Below the pieces are notes generated by a model. It made no database searches. It was not told the origin of the DNA and saw only the letters and a list, made by a program, of their open reading frames with translations. Of a stretch of DNA of 58,329 nt, positions 18,742 to 28,706 are shown one piece after another. The stretch's first letter is position 1; each line of letters opens with the position of its first letter. Both the position numbers and the translations under genes were made by a program. Source of the stretch: a virus (taxonomy: Duplodnaviria; Caudoviricetes); IMG/VR virus record IMGVR_UViG_3300033997_000384, positions 1-58,329 of that record; one strand, 5' to 3'.

Positions 18742-18896
18742 ACAGGGTCTCCTCGGTCCGCGATGCTGGCGTGCTGGTAGCGCAAGGTGAACGCCTTGTC
18801 AGCGTCGTCCGGGTCCTGCAGGTGGCCGGCGGCAAGCAGTGCAGAGAGCAGCAGCCACCGGCAGGCGGCGGTGATCAGCAGGCGGATCGGAATCAT
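18738..18896 (-). CDS. 52-aa ORF absent from the ORF track (MIPIRLLITAACRWLLLSALLAAG...)
   Basis: ATGA overlaps with both neighbours and fills the gap exactly. Confidence 0.55.
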   Translation of the reverse strand: MIPIRLLITAACRWLLLSALLAAGHLQDPDDADKAFTLRYQHASIADRGDPV

Positions 18897-20440
18897 GTGC
18901 GAGCCTCCAGCACGGCAATACGCGAATCGAGTTCATCTTGGCGCTGCGCCAGGCCGCGAGCCATGAACACGTTGAGTTCGTCGTAGCGCATCGAGTAGCG
19001 ATTTCCGGCCTCTCGCCCCGCAACCTTGATCGTCACGCCATCGTCTTCGAACACAGGAGGCACGGCCGCCCACTCGTCGAAGCAGACAAAGCCGTAGGCG
19101 AATGGATCGAGGCCATGCAGCTCCATGATGGCCATGATGCGCTGCACGGTCTGGCCAGGATGCAATCGGGCCGCACCCGCGCCCTTCTTCTCGACCGCCT
19201 CGAGCCACTGGTACACCCCGATCTCGGAGGCGATCTGCTTCGCGGCGGCCAACTCACTGCCGGAGAGGGGGCGAACCGGGGTCTTTTCACGGGCATCGGA
19301 GGTCTGGATGGCTCCAGTTACCGCCCATACGGATGACCATCGGGCGTACCCCCAGCCACACATGTGGTTGTTATCTCCGTTAGGGCCAAAGCCGACAAAG
19401 GTGCCCGGGGCGTGGATCACATGGACCCCGCCCCCATCCCAGTTGTTGATTCGGACAAAGCGGTTACCGCTGCCGTCAATCTCGTGGTAGAGCACCCCTC
19501 GTGCAAACTCCCCGAATCGGATAGCACCGCCCGCCTCGATCGACCTGTCGTTCCCGGCCCGTACTGCCCAGGCATTGCCAGTCGTGAGGAAGCCAATGTA
19601 TCCGTCGTTGCAGTGGAGTGAGCGATTCCCCCAGTTGGTGTCGGAGAGCCGCAGCGTTGGGGACGCCCCGGCCACCACTATTTCGTTGCCGTCGCAGTAG
19701 AAACCCTTACCGCCGTATGTACGCACATAGGTGGCATCGGTCATGTGGATGCCGCCACCATAGGTCTGGCTATACCAGCCTACGGCGCCATTGCTGCGGT
19801 ACCAGCCGTTGATAGCGGTGTCGGGCGGCCAGTAATCATGGGTGTGGACCGCAGCTGCTGCATCGGTGATTCCATAGCCCGCCAATGTCGTCGGCTTGCC
19901 TCCCAGATTCGCGAAGACAAACGCGCTTGTGTCGAGCTTGCCCGTACCCAGGTCGCTAATCTGCCGTTGCAGCTTGCCCAACGCACCCAGAAGCGTGTCA
20001 GCGGCAGTAATCGCGGTGCTGGTCGCGAAAACGATCCCGGTCAGCGCCAAAGCTCGAACCGTGTTGCCAAGGTCCCGCCACGTCTTGTCCCCTGCGTAGA
20101 ACTGCGAGGACTGGCCGGGCTCGATCAAATCCTGCTTCGCATCGAACTCGCCAGCCGTCAAGCACTGCACCACGTAGGCGCCGGCGGACCAGGCACGCGC
20201 CGTGGTGCCCTCCAAGCCGCGCGTTACTCCGCTTAGGGTGTATGGACCGCTTCCACTGCGCGCGGTGTAGCGGATGATCTCGTGGGCCTCGGGACCACCA
20301 AGCGAGTCTGTAATGGTGAGCAGGCCGCCATCAGCCGGCGGCAGGTTGAATGCAGCGCCCATCGCCTGGACGGACAGTGTGTTGGCCGCAGCAGCGACTC
20401 CAGCAGCGAGCTTGACCTGAACGAAGTTGGCGCGGCTCAT
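18893..20440 (-). CDS. Tail fibre with C-terminal peptidase S74 intramolecular chaperone
   Basis: KPTTLAGYGITDA, GWYSQTYGGGIHMTD (PilV/fibre-like), TSDAREKT..YSMRYDEL plus coiled coil. Confidence 0.85.
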   Translation of the reverse strand: MSRANFVQVKLAAGVAAAANTLSVQAMGAAFNLPPADGGLLTITDSLGGPEAHEIIRYTARSGSGPYTLSGVTRGLEGTTARAWSAGAYVVQCLTAGEFDAKQDLIEPGQSSQFYAGDKTWRDLGNTVRALALTGIVFATSTAITAADTLLGALGKLQRQISDLGTGKLDTSAFVFANLGGKPTTLAGYGITDAAAAVHTHDYWPPDTAINGWYRSNGAVGWYSQTYGGGIHMTDATYVRTYGGKGFYCDGNEIVVAGASPTLRLSDTNWGNRSLHCNDGYIGFLTTGNAWAVRAGNDRSIEAGGAIRFGEFARGVLYHEIDGSGNRFVRINNWDGGGVHVIHAPGTFVGFGPNGDNNHMCGWGYARWSSVWAVTGAIQTSDAREKTPVRPLSGSELAAAKQIASEIGVYQWLEAVEKKGAGAARLHPGQTVQRIMAIMELHGLDPFAYGFVCFDEWAAVPPVFEDDGVTIKVAGREAGNRYSMRYDELNVFMARGLAQRQDELDSRIAVLEART

Positions 20441-20757
20441 AGATCACGGACCTTCATGCGAAACTCCACTTCTTTCACGCGGTCCTGTTCGGTGAACACT
20501 TTGCAGGTCACCACGTAGTCCACGTAGACGGTGCCGCCGCCGAGCCAGAGCTTGAAGCTCTTCGGGTTCTCGCCGAGCAGCACGTATGGGGGGTGCGGAA
20601 CAGGGCCAGCCACCAGGGCAGGCACCTGCTCCGCGTCAGAGTTGATGGCAACCTCAACGCGCTCGATATCGTCGCCGGGCACCTGGGCGAACCAGTCGGA
20701 CATGTCCACGTCGTAGTCGAGGACATCTGCAGGTTGCTTGGTGAATGTCTGCGCCAT
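20437..20757 (-). CDS. Fibre-tail adaptor-like virion protein
   Basis: KQPADVLDYDVD..WLGGG..Y.VTC motif. Confidence 0.7.
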   Translation of the reverse strand: MAQTFTKQPADVLDYDVDMSDWFAQVPGDDIERVEVAINSDAEQVPALVAGPVPHPPYVLLGENPKSFKLWLGGGTVYVDYVVTCKVFTEQDRVKEVEFRMKVRDL

Positions 20758-20766
20758 GCAGGCTCC

Positions 20767-22023
20767 TTACGCGACCTGCACCAGCCGGGCCGAGGCCTCG
20801 ACCAGCAGGGTGCGATCATGTGAAAGCACAACCACCGTCCGGGACTCGGGAGCCCTGGTCAGGTCGTTGATCTGGTTGAAGCCGGTGGCGGTAGCGGTGA
20901 CCAATGCCGGGAAGCCTTGCCCGACGCAGCGTCGACTGGCCCAGCTGGTCGCCTTGGCAGTGGCAAGAGCCGAGCCGTAGAACAGGAAGCGCACACCATG
21001 CAGGTGCGCGGCCAGTCCGCTAGCCCTGGCCGTACCTTCGCCCTTCGCCACAAGCTTCGCCCGCGCGACAACTGCGCCACGCGCCACCAGCGCTGCGCCT
21101 CCCGCGTAGACATCCCGTCGAGCAGCACCAGACGCTGCCGCCGTGACGGTGGCAGGCTCGGCCGCAGCGGCGGTCTTGGTCTGCAGCGCTTCGCCGCTGG
21201 CAGTGGCTGAAGCCTTGGCAATACCTCGCCCTGCTCGGTTGTACGCTGCAGAGGCGGTGAGCTTCGCTGTCCCGCGCAGCACCTGGGCCTGGCTGATACG
21301 GAACGTCAGCAGCTCAGCGCGTGCCTCTGCCAGAACCTGGCCGAAGCACTCGAACAGCAGCACGCCATCCTTGCGAACCGCTGCGTCACCAGCGAGCGCG
21401 CCCGTTGCCGTGGCCTCTCCGTAGGCCGCCGCAAGCACCATAGCGCCAGCCTCTGCAGCTGCTGCAGCGACTGCGGTACCAGCACCACCCCGGAACATCT
21501 GCGGAGTAGCCACTGCTGAAGCAGTGCATACCGCCGGGCCTCTCCCGACGTAGTAGGTCGTGCCCAGTGCGTATGCCCGAGCGAGCGCCGGCTTGCCATA
21601 GGCGTAGGTGTACATGACCGATTCGGCCTCGCCGAAGGCCTGAGCCTTCGCCGGCGGCTGCATCCGCATCCGAACACGCCGGAATGCCTTGGCCCGGATA
21701 TCAGCGTGGCCCTCCGCATCGCCTGCACCACAGTAGAAGGCGGTGGCGGCCGCAGTCGCGGCAGCCAGAGCAGTAACCTGGCCGGCGCCCTTGTGGGACG
21801 CCTTCGGCTTGGCTTCTGCAACAGCAGTCGCGTCTGCGCGCCCAATGGGCAGCACAACACGAACCGCTTCAGCTTGAGCCTGAGCCCCGGCAAGCACTGT
21901 AGCGCTCGCCATATAGGTGACCTTGGCGTCGGCCTGAGCCGTCGCCGCGCAGACCGCAAGGCCTGCAGCGGAGACGATCCCCTTCTTGACCGCTCCGAAC
22001 GTCGCGCGCCCGAACATCAGCAT
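20767..22023 (-). CDS. Ala-rich virion fibre-like protein
   Basis: 418 aa, very Ala-rich, within the structural operon. Confidence 0.65.
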   Translation of the reverse strand: MLMFGRATFGAVKKGIVSAAGLAVCAATAQADAKVTYMASATVLAGAQAQAEAVRVVLPIGRADATAVAEAKPKASHKGAGQVTALAAATAAATAFYCGAGDAEGHADIRAKAFRRVRMRMQPPAKAQAFGEAESVMYTYAYGKPALARAYALGTTYYVGRGPAVCTASAVATPQMFRGGAGTAVAAAAAEAGAMVLAAAYGEATATGALAGDAAVRKDGVLLFECFGQVLAEARAELLTFRISQAQVLRGTAKLTASAAYNRAGRGIAKASATASGEALQTKTAAAAEPATVTAAASGAARRDVYAGGAALVARGAVVARAKLVAKGEGTARASGLAAHLHGVRFLFYGSALATAKATSWASRRCVGQGFPALVTATATGFNQINDLTRAPESRTVVVLSHDRTLLVEASARLVQVA

Positions 22024-22033
22024 TGGCTAACCC

Positions 22034-22438
22034 TTATGCGTGCTGGATCTGCAGGGAGCCGATGGGGAAGCTGATCACGTCCGTCGGGTCCAGCGTCTTC
22101 GGGTTCAGCAGCGCGGCGTGGTACAGCATGTTGCCGGCGGTCAACGAGTCGAAGATGGCCCAGTGAGTGACGGTCACCTGGGAGTCGATGATGGCCGGGA
22201 ACACGATGTTCTTGGCGTTGGTGCCGACGCCGTTGGCAGGAGCGGTGAAGCCGTCGCTCGGGGTCGCCGTGTGGGCGCGCTGGCGCGAATAGCCGGAGTC
22301 GGAGACCTCGCCCGGGCCCGCGGCGTCGGTAGGGTCGGAGGTGAACAGCGCGATGTATACGGCGCCGCCGGTGTAGGTGCCGCCGCGCAGCACCGCGCTG
22401 AACAGGGCATTTTCAAGGTAATCGGAGAATGCGGACAT
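22034..22438 (-). CDS. Virion structural (fibre/decoration-like) protein
   Basis: FSDYLENAL..YIALFTSDP..GEVS..YSRQ motif; GAGGAG RBS. Confidence 0.75.
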   Translation of the reverse strand: MSAFSDYLENALFSAVLRGGTYTGGAVYIALFTSDPTDAAGPGEVSDSGYSRQRAHTATPSDGFTAPANGVGTNAKNIVFPAIIDSQVTVTHWAIFDSLTAGNMLYHAALLNPKTLDPTDVISFPIGSLQIQHA

Positions 22439-22459
22439 GGGTGTCTCCTCGACAGGCCA

Positions 22460-23023
22460 TTAGATGAACGGCGGGACGTGCATACGCACGCTGCCCGCCT
22501 GGAAACCGACCCGCGCCTGCTGGCGCGCGTCGGCTTGTGCGGTGGCGAATAGCGCCAGGTGGTGCGCCGCCAAGTTCGGGTCACGCCAGGGCTGCGGCAG
22601 CATGAGCAGCTTTCCGCGCGCACCGTCCTTCAGTGCCTCCTCCCAACGAGAGAGCAGCACATCAGGCATATCGCGCCCAACTGCCGGCTTGCAGACGACC
22701 TTCCCGGGCACCGTGTTACCGGCTGGCGTGCGAGCAAATGCCACGCGCCCCTCGGCGTCCTGGGTGTAATCGACGCCCTCCACCAGGTCGCGCCCTTCGG
22801 CGTCGCGCAGGGTGAAGATGCGGACAACTTCCGCGCCATCCGGCGCATTCACCTCCGCGAACCGGGTGTTAGCGCCGACCACGGCCGGGCCGTCATCGAC
22901 GATCCAGGCATTGCCCTCGGCGCAGAACTCTCGCTGTGCCACGCGCAGGTAGTCGCGGAGCGTTGAGCGCGGACAGCCGGGAAACTCCGGCTGCAGCAGG
23001 TCGACAAGATCGTTGATGGTCAT
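22460..23023 (-). CDS. Head-tail adaptor-like protein
   Basis: PGCP..AQREFC..LLMLPQPW motif; position. Confidence 0.65.
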   Translation of the reverse strand: MTINDLVDLLQPEFPGCPRSTLRDYLRVAQREFCAEGNAWIVDDGPAVVGANTRFAEVNAPDGAEVVRIFTLRDAEGRDLVEGVDYTQDAEGRVAFARTPAGNTVPGKVVCKPAVGRDMPDVLLSRWEEALKDGARGKLLMLPQPWRDPNLAAHHLALFATAQADARQQARVGFQAGSVRMHVPPFI

Positions 23024-23691
23024 TGCGTAGCCTCAGCGTTGGGGCTGGCCGAGCCTTCGCCCTGGATCTTGAGCCCGAGCGCACCCTGGGCAGCCTGCAG
23101 GTGCGAGGTGGCGCGCGCCTGGTTGATGCCGCCCTCGGCGTCCTTGGTGAAGGCTCGCGCCAGCACCAGGTCCAGCAGGATCGGTCCGTAGGTGTCGGGC
23201 AGGCGGATTGCCTCGGTCGAGTCGGGAGTGGCTTGCAATTGGGCATGCGGAGCCGGCACAGCCGAGCAACTGACCAGCACCTTTGCGCCAGCGGCTGCGG
23301 GCGGGTACACGTAGAACACCCGCGGCTCGTCCTCCTCGAACACGTAGTGCTCGATGGCCTGGCTGGCAGGCTCGCCGTGCCAGCGGGGGCGCATGGCGTT
23401 CAACTCGGCACGCAGCATTGGCGTGACGATCAGACCCTTTGCCTGCGGAGCAGTGTTGTGCAGTACCGACAGCAGGCGCTCGCACTCGGCCGGGATGGTC
23501 TGCCGCGTCCCGGCGACACAAGCAACCTCGGCGGTCACAGTGTTCGCACCAGGGCGAATGCCGATCACCACGCCGTAGGCCTCATTCAGCCAGTCGAGCA
23601 ACTCCTTGTTGGTCCAGCGCGTACCGTCCTTGGTGCGCTCCTGCAGTATGGTTCGTGCGCGCCGCAGCACGTCGCCCACGGTGACAGCCAT
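23020..23691 (-). CDS. Head-tail adaptor (DUF6682-like)
   Basis: RWT..ELLDWLNEA..GTRQTIP..FYVYPP. Confidence 0.75.
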   Translation of the reverse strand: MAVTVGDVLRRARTILQERTKDGTRWTNKELLDWLNEAYGVVIGIRPGANTVTAEVACVAGTRQTIPAECERLLSVLHNTAPQAKGLIVTPMLRAELNAMRPRWHGEPASQAIEHYVFEEDEPRVFYVYPPAAAGAKVLVSCSAVPAPHAQLQATPDSTEAIRLPDTYGPILLDLVLARAFTKDAEGGINQARATSHLQAAQGALGLKIQGEGSASPNAEATQ

Positions 23692-23694
23692 CCC

Positions 23695-24258
23695 TTAGAC
23701 CTCTTCCATGTGGGCGAGCTGGGCCAGCTCCGGTGTCCAGACAAACTCCCGGCCGTTCTCGCGGTTGCGCAGCAGTCGGTTGGCCGGCGCCGGCTCCTCC
23801 AGCTCGCGCTCCTCGTTCTCCAGCTCGGGCAGCTCCAGGCCGGCCAGTGCCAGAGGATCGGCGGGCGGCAGCTCACCACCCAGGGCAGGCTCGACCGGCG
23901 GAGTGAGCTCGTCGATCGCCTGCTGTGCGACGGGCTCCTTGGGCGCGATTTCGCCCTGGCCATCCAGGTCGGTGGGCTGTTGCAGCGGCTCGCTGGTGTT
24001 GCCACCCTGCTCCTGCTGCTCCTGCTGCTCCTGCTCTTCGAGCTCTTCCTGTTCGCCGTCCTGGCCCTGCTCCTGCTTGGCGCCACCACCCTCCAGCGGC
24101 TGGCCATCCGGGCCAACGCCCAGGCCGGCCAGGATGTCCTTGCGCAGGGTTTCGAGGCCGCGGCGCTTGTCCAGCTCGATACCCAGCTCGTCGCGCACCA
24201 GTTTCTCCAGCTCGTCCTTGTCCTTGGCGGCCAGCACTGCAGCGATCAATTCGTTCAT
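23695..24258 (-). CDS. Acidic low-complexity phage protein
   Basis: 187 aa, E/Q-rich centre, GGAG RBS. Confidence 0.7.
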   Translation of the reverse strand: MNELIAAVLAAKDKDELEKLVRDELGIELDKRRGLETLRKDILAGLGVGPDGQPLEGGGAKQEQGQDGEQEELEEQEQQEQQEQGGNTSEPLQQPTDLDGQGEIAPKEPVAQQAIDELTPPVEPALGGELPPADPLALAGLELPELENEERELEEPAPANRLLRNRENGREFVWTPELAQLAHMEEV

Positions 24259-24312
24259 GGATGCTCTCCAGGTGAACGAGAGCCGCCCCGGGGAGCGGCT
24301 CCCGAGGCGGGC

Positions 24313-25257
24313 TTAGCCCTTGGTGGCGTAGAGGTGACCCAGTGCCTTCGGATCGATGCACTTAGAGCCGTAGACGTTCAGGCCGCGCACCAGCTTTCCG
24401 AAGTCGTTCGGGTTGGGCAGGGTCTCCATCTGGGTCATCTGGCTGGCGAAGGTCAGCGCCTTCTTGTGGCCGAACTGGATGTGGGTGCACTTCTTGTTGC
24501 CGGCGGCAACGTCGTTCACCACGGACAGGTTGTTGCTGTTGTAGACCGTGAAGCGGTCCAGCTGGCCCAGCTTGCCGTTGCGGATGACCGACTGAGCGTC
24601 GCCCATAATGCCCGCATCGCGCAGGTCGGACTTCTTCAGCATGCCGGACATCCAGGCCGGCAGGATGATCCAGCGGCCGGTCTCCGGCACGTTCTGCTCG
24701 TCCAGCACGGTGGCGCAGTCGACGATCAGGTCCAGCACGTTGGCCTTGGTCACGACCACCGGCACACCAGCCTTGCCGAGGTTGATGCCGCCGGACTTCG
24801 CGCCAGCGTTGTCGCCGGAGTTCTCGGCATGCGCATCGGCGTAGTGCTTGGCCAGCAAGCTGGTGTCGATGGCGATCTTCATCTGCTCGCCGCCGTCGTT
24901 GGAGAACTCGTCCATCAGCTTGATGTCGGCCTGGTAGGCGTCGACGTCGTTGACCTCGAAGGCGAAGTACTTCGCCTGGTCGATCTGCAGCGACACCTTG
25001 TCGGAGGTCGGCTTCTCATAGGTGAGGCCGCCACCGATCTGGTAGTCCTTGATGACGATGTTGGGCACCGTGCGGATCTCGACGGTATCGCCCTTTTGTT
25101 TGATCTCGCCCTCGTAGTCGGTGTTGGCGATCTCGCCGAACACGGTGGCGGCATACAGCTTCTCGACCAGCTTGCCGGACCAGATGGCCGGGATGAAGCC
25201 AGCGGAGCTGGTGGAACTTACGTTGGGGTGACCTGCAGCACGGGTAGGACCGGCCAT
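24313..25257 (-). CDS. Major capsid protein (HK97 fold)
   Basis: FIPAIWSGKL..NTDYEGEI..GDTV.I..RGLNVYG; AGGAG RBS; follows scaffold. Confidence 0.9.
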   Translation of the reverse strand: MAGPTRAAGHPNVSSTSSAGFIPAIWSGKLVEKLYAATVFGEIANTDYEGEIKQKGDTVEIRTVPNIVIKDYQIGGGLTYEKPTSDKVSLQIDQAKYFAFEVNDVDAYQADIKLMDEFSNDGGEQMKIAIDTSLLAKHYADAHAENSGDNAGAKSGGINLGKAGVPVVVTKANVLDLIVDCATVLDEQNVPETGRWIILPAWMSGMLKKSDLRDAGIMGDAQSVIRNGKLGQLDRFTVYNSNNLSVVNDVAAGNKKCTHIQFGHKKALTFASQMTQMETLPNPNDFGKLVRGLNVYGSKCIDPKALGHLYATKG

Positions 25258-25301
25258 GGTGTTTCTCCTGTGTTACGCCTCCCGGCGTTACTGGGTCGCG
25301 G

Positions 25302-26267
25302 TTACTGAGTGATGCGACCCTGGGCTTGGGCGGCGAAGATGTCGGCTTCGAGAGCCGCCGCGTCCGCCTCCGAGTACTTGCCCGCGGCCTTGTCCTTGTA
25401 GAACTGGCTGATGTCGGACGAATTCCAGATGCGCTGCTGCGAGGCGGGTAAGGCCTCGGAGCCAACGCGGCTGGCTGCCGGCTGAACCTGTTCCGGGGGA
25501 ATTTGGGGCGGTTGGGTACCGGCCGGCTTGGCGGCGGCTGGATTGGTTTGCGTGTAGGCCCTGAAGAGCGCTGCCACGCGGTGTGCACTCAGTTCCTTCT
25601 GGGCGCTGATCAGCAACTGCTGCCGCGGCACTCCACTGAACTGGTCGATCTCGCCGAGCCAGGCGTGGAACTGCTCGTCGCTGTTGATCTGCCGGTAGTT
25701 CGGGACTGCTTTCTCCAGGTCGGTCCAGAAGCGCGCGGTGGCGTCTTGCTGCCGCTCGTCTCGGAACTGGCCGACTTCCTGGCGCAGGGTCTCCAGCTCG
25801 GCGGCGTCGGCCGTGACGGCCGGGGCTACTGCCTTGCTGGCGATGCGCTGGATGACGGCGATCAGGTCGGGGCCGAACTGCTCCAGTTCTTCCTTGGTCA
25901 GGTCGGCGATGGCGTCTTGCGCACGCTGTGGAGCGCTTGCAGCAGGCGCTGCCTGCTTGGCCTCCTGCAGTTGGCGCGTCAGCTCATTGACCTGGCGCTG
26001 GAGCGTTGGCACTTCCGCGTCGTACTTGCCCTTCAACACGCTGAAGCGGTGCTGCCAGTAGGTGGCATCCCGGGTTTCAGTCGGCTGCTGGGCAGGGTCT
26101 TGCGGTGCCGGGGCTGCGGTGGGCTGCGCCGGATCAGCAGCGGCAGGCTCAACGGGAGCCGCGTCTGCGGGGTTCCCTTGCTGCTCGGGCTGAGTGAGTG
26201 CGGCGATGGCGGCGTCGGCGGCCTCGGCTTGGGCCTGGATGCTGCGGGGTAGCGTGTTGCTGTTCAT
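25302..26267 (-). CDS. Capsid scaffolding protein
   Basis: Ala/Pro/Gln-rich, WQHRFSVLKGKYDAEVP, ends AQAQGRI; GGAG RBS before ATG 26267. Confidence 0.75.
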   Translation of the reverse strand: MNSNTLPRSIQAQAEAADAAIAALTQPEQQGNPADAAPVEPAAADPAQPTAAPAPQDPAQQPTETRDATYWQHRFSVLKGKYDAEVPTLQRQVNELTRQLQEAKQAAPAASAPQRAQDAIADLTKEELEQFGPDLIAVIQRIASKAVAPAVTADAAELETLRQEVGQFRDERQQDATARFWTDLEKAVPNYRQINSDEQFHAWLGEIDQFSGVPRQQLLISAQKELSAHRVAALFRAYTQTNPAAAKPAGTQPPQIPPEQVQPAASRVGSEALPASQQRIWNSSDISQFYKDKAAGKYSEADAAALEADIFAAQAQGRITQ

Positions 26268-26365
26268 GCGTTTCTCCGTGGTGGTGAGCCGGCACTTGCC
26301 GGGGTTCACAGGTCGTGGGGTGTTGCGGGTTCTCCAGCCATGGCCAAGGCCGGGAGCGCGCCCAC

Positions 26366-26398
26366 AAAAAAGCCCCCGGGACGAATCCAAGGGGCTTT
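26366..26398 (-). terminator. Intrinsic terminator-like hairpin
   Basis: AAAGCCCC..GGGGCTTTTTT on minus strand. Confidence 0.6.
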
Positions 26399-26416
26399 GT
26401 TGTGAGGGCTGATAGA

Positions 26417-26650
26417 TCAGGCGAAGCGCAGGGCGTTCTCGCGGGCTTGCTCGATGTCCTGCAGCAGCTCGGCGTAGGCCTGCGCCCGGCCCTGGAGCCG
26501 AGCGATGCCTTCAACGCCGGCAGCGACCTCAAGGTCCGAACGTGCCGACTCCCTGCGATCTCGCATCAGCTGGAGGAACGTCTGCCAATCCGGAGTGGAA
26601 TCCGACTGCAGGCGCGCCAGCGCCTTGGTCTGTTGCTCGGTCAACTGCAT
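26417..26650 (-). CDS. Small protein between portal and scaffold
   Basis: 77 aa, RLQGRAQA motif, GAGGA RBS. Confidence 0.75.
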   Translation of the reverse strand: MQLTEQQTKALARLQSDSTPDWQTFLQLMRDRRESARSDLEVAAGVEGIARLQGRAQAYAELLQDIEQARENALRFA

Positions 26651-28706
26651 TGGTTGGTCCTCTCAGGAGCGAGGCCTGCGCGCCCAGCTCGAACAGAATT
26701 TCCTTGGTCTCCGCGCGGGTCTTCTCGGCTTCGGCCTGGGTGTTGTCGACGTCTGCGGCGACACGCTGCTGCTCCAACTTGGCCGCCTGCTCCATCTGCT
26801 GGCCCTGTTGGGCGTTCTCCTGGGCGATGCGGGCGCTGATCTCCTCGTCGCTCGGCACGAGCCCTGGCATGTCGAGAATCTCGGCCACGGCGCGCAGCAG
26901 CTTCGCCCTGCCCTCCACGCCGAGGATCTGCATGTCCGTGGGGTTGGCTGTTCCCTGCAGGAACTGCTGCCGCAGCATTTGCGTCTGCTCGCGCTGCAGC
27001 ATGGCGCTGGAGCCGCGCGCCACCACCCGGCAATCGCCCTTGATGGCCTGGTTGTTCGAGTAGCGCATGTTGAACAGCCAGAGCGCGTGGATGACCCGGC
27101 GTACCAGGCCGCGGTCGATGTGGCGGATCGCGTCCTTAATGCCCTTGTTGGCCGACTCCATCAGCATCGACAGGCCGCTGGCGGTGTTGCCAGCGCCGCC
27201 GACCTTCTCGCTGCCGTAGATGTAGCGCGGGATGTTGGTGGCGTCGTCCGCACGGCGCTCCCACTCGCTGTAAACGCCCATCAGCTCGCCGGCCATGCTC
27301 GCCGGCTGGAAGAAACGGATAGCCGGCGACGGCGTGGTCTGGCCAACGGTGGACTTGGTACGCCAGCGCTTGAGCGGGAACATGACGTTCGGGTTCTCGC
27401 CGGGCATCAGGCGCGTCTCGTCAATCTCGACCTGCGGCCCCGACGAGAACGCCATGTTGTTGGCTTGGGCCCGGGCGACCGCGCAGCACATGTCCTGCAC
27501 GTCGTTCATCAGCTCGGGGATGCCCATGCCCCAGAACGACCCTGGCACCGCCTGGAAGCTGGCGATGTTGTATGGCCTGGCGCCCAGTGGGTTGCGGTTG
27601 ATCACGCAGCGGATGACGTGCTGGCCAATCAGGATGGCGTCGATCTCGTACTCGGCCAGCGGGTCCGGGATCTGCTCGGCAGGCATACCCCACTGCAGCA
27701 GCATCAGCCCCTGGGCACTGCCCCAGTAGATCAAGCCCTCAATGGTCTCGCCGTGGTTGTTGAGCCAGTCGCCGCTGCGGTCCTCGATTGCCGCGCGCTG
27801 ACCATCCACGGCCAGCCAGTTCCGCAGACCGCCGCGCCCGTGCTCCAGCAGCACCTGCCGGATTGCCTCGTCGGAGTAACCCGGCACGCCGCGGAGCTTG
27901 TTCAGACCGCGCCGGGTGAAGCGTTCGCGCTCGATCAGGTAAGCGCCATCGTCGACGTCGGCGGAGTCAGCCGACGGGTAGATGTCGTAGGGGCTGACTC
28001 GCTTGAAGTGAGACTTGATGGTCTCGGTTTCGATCAGCTGCCAGCCCTGCCCCCACGCCAGGTCCGGCGTGTTCTGCAGAAATGGCCCCTTGAGAATGGC
28101 CGTCGGGTAGGTCGCGAAATCGTCGATGAACATCTCGAGCGCTTCGTCCCATCCACCTTCGGCGAGCTGGTCGGCGATCAGGTCCTCATGGGCGTCGGCA
28201 GCGGCGCGAGCGCGCTTGTCGATCTCCTCCAGCAGCATCTGCTCCAGGGTTTCGCGGGTCAGCGACTGGGCTGCCTGCGGGTCCTGCTGTAGGCGTCCCA
28301 TCAGCGTTTGCTTGAACGCCTGCAGCACCTCCGGTGGGATGTCGGACACCGGCGTCGGGTCCAGCCCCCAGGGCCGGCCAGTGGTTGGCATCAGGATGTC
28401 GCGAATCCACGCGGCTGCAGCTCGGCATTTGGTGGTGGTCAGCTTCGGATACAGCTCGCTGCCGCCCTGGGCGCGAATCGCCGCCAGCTTGTCGGCCGGG
28501 TAGATGCCCTTCTGCCGCTGCGCGCAGTCGATCAGGCGGCGCTCGATCTCCTGCTTCGCGGTCTTGGCCGCCTCAAAGCAGCGGCGAATGTGGCTGGCCA
28601 GCGAGCTTTCGAGGGCCGCGCGCTGACGCTGTGCATCCTGGCGCGCCTGCTCCTGGGCAATCAGCGTGCTGGCCGGTGTGAAGCCCAGCAGTCCCATATC
28701 ACGCAT
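26529..28706 (-). CDS. Portal protein
   Basis: 725 aa after terminase; SFWGMGIPELM, TASGLSMLM, Gln-rich C-terminus. Confidence 0.85.
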   Translation of the reverse strand: MRDMGLLGFTPASTLIAQEQARQDAQRQRAALESSLASHIRRCFEAAKTAKQEIERRLIDCAQRQKGIYPADKLAAIRAQGGSELYPKLTTTKCRAAAAWIRDILMPTTGRPWGLDPTPVSDIPPEVLQAFKQTLMGRLQQDPQAAQSLTRETLEQMLLEEIDKRARAAADAHEDLIADQLAEGGWDEALEMFIDDFATYPTAILKGPFLQNTPDLAWGQGWQLIETETIKSHFKRVSPYDIYPSADSADVDDGAYLIERERFTRRGLNKLRGVPGYSDEAIRQVLLEHGRGGLRNWLAVDGQRAAIEDRSGDWLNNHGETIEGLIYWGSAQGLMLLQWGMPAEQIPDPLAEYEIDAILIGQHVIRCVINRNPLGARPYNIASFQAVPGSFWGMGIPELMNDVQDMCCAVARAQANNMAFSSGPQVEIDETRLMPGENPNVMFPLKRWRTKSTVGQTTPSPAIRFFQPASMAGELMGVYSEWERRADDATNIPRYIYGSEKVGGAGNTASGLSMLMESANKGIKDAIRHIDRGLVRRVIHALWLFNMRYSNNQAIKGDCRVVARGSSAMLQREQTQMLRQQFLQGTANPTDMQILGVEGRAKLLRAVAEILDMPGLVPSDEEISARIAQENAQQGQQMEQAAKLEQQRVAADVDNTQAEAEKTRAETKEILFELGAQASLLRGPTNAVDRATDQGAGAPAVGFHSGLADVPPADARSQGVGTFGP

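Noticed and set aside
14596-20440. Diversity-generating retroelement or invertible tail-fibre system
   Set aside because: No reverse transcriptase, invertase, template/variable repeat pair or inverted cassettes seen
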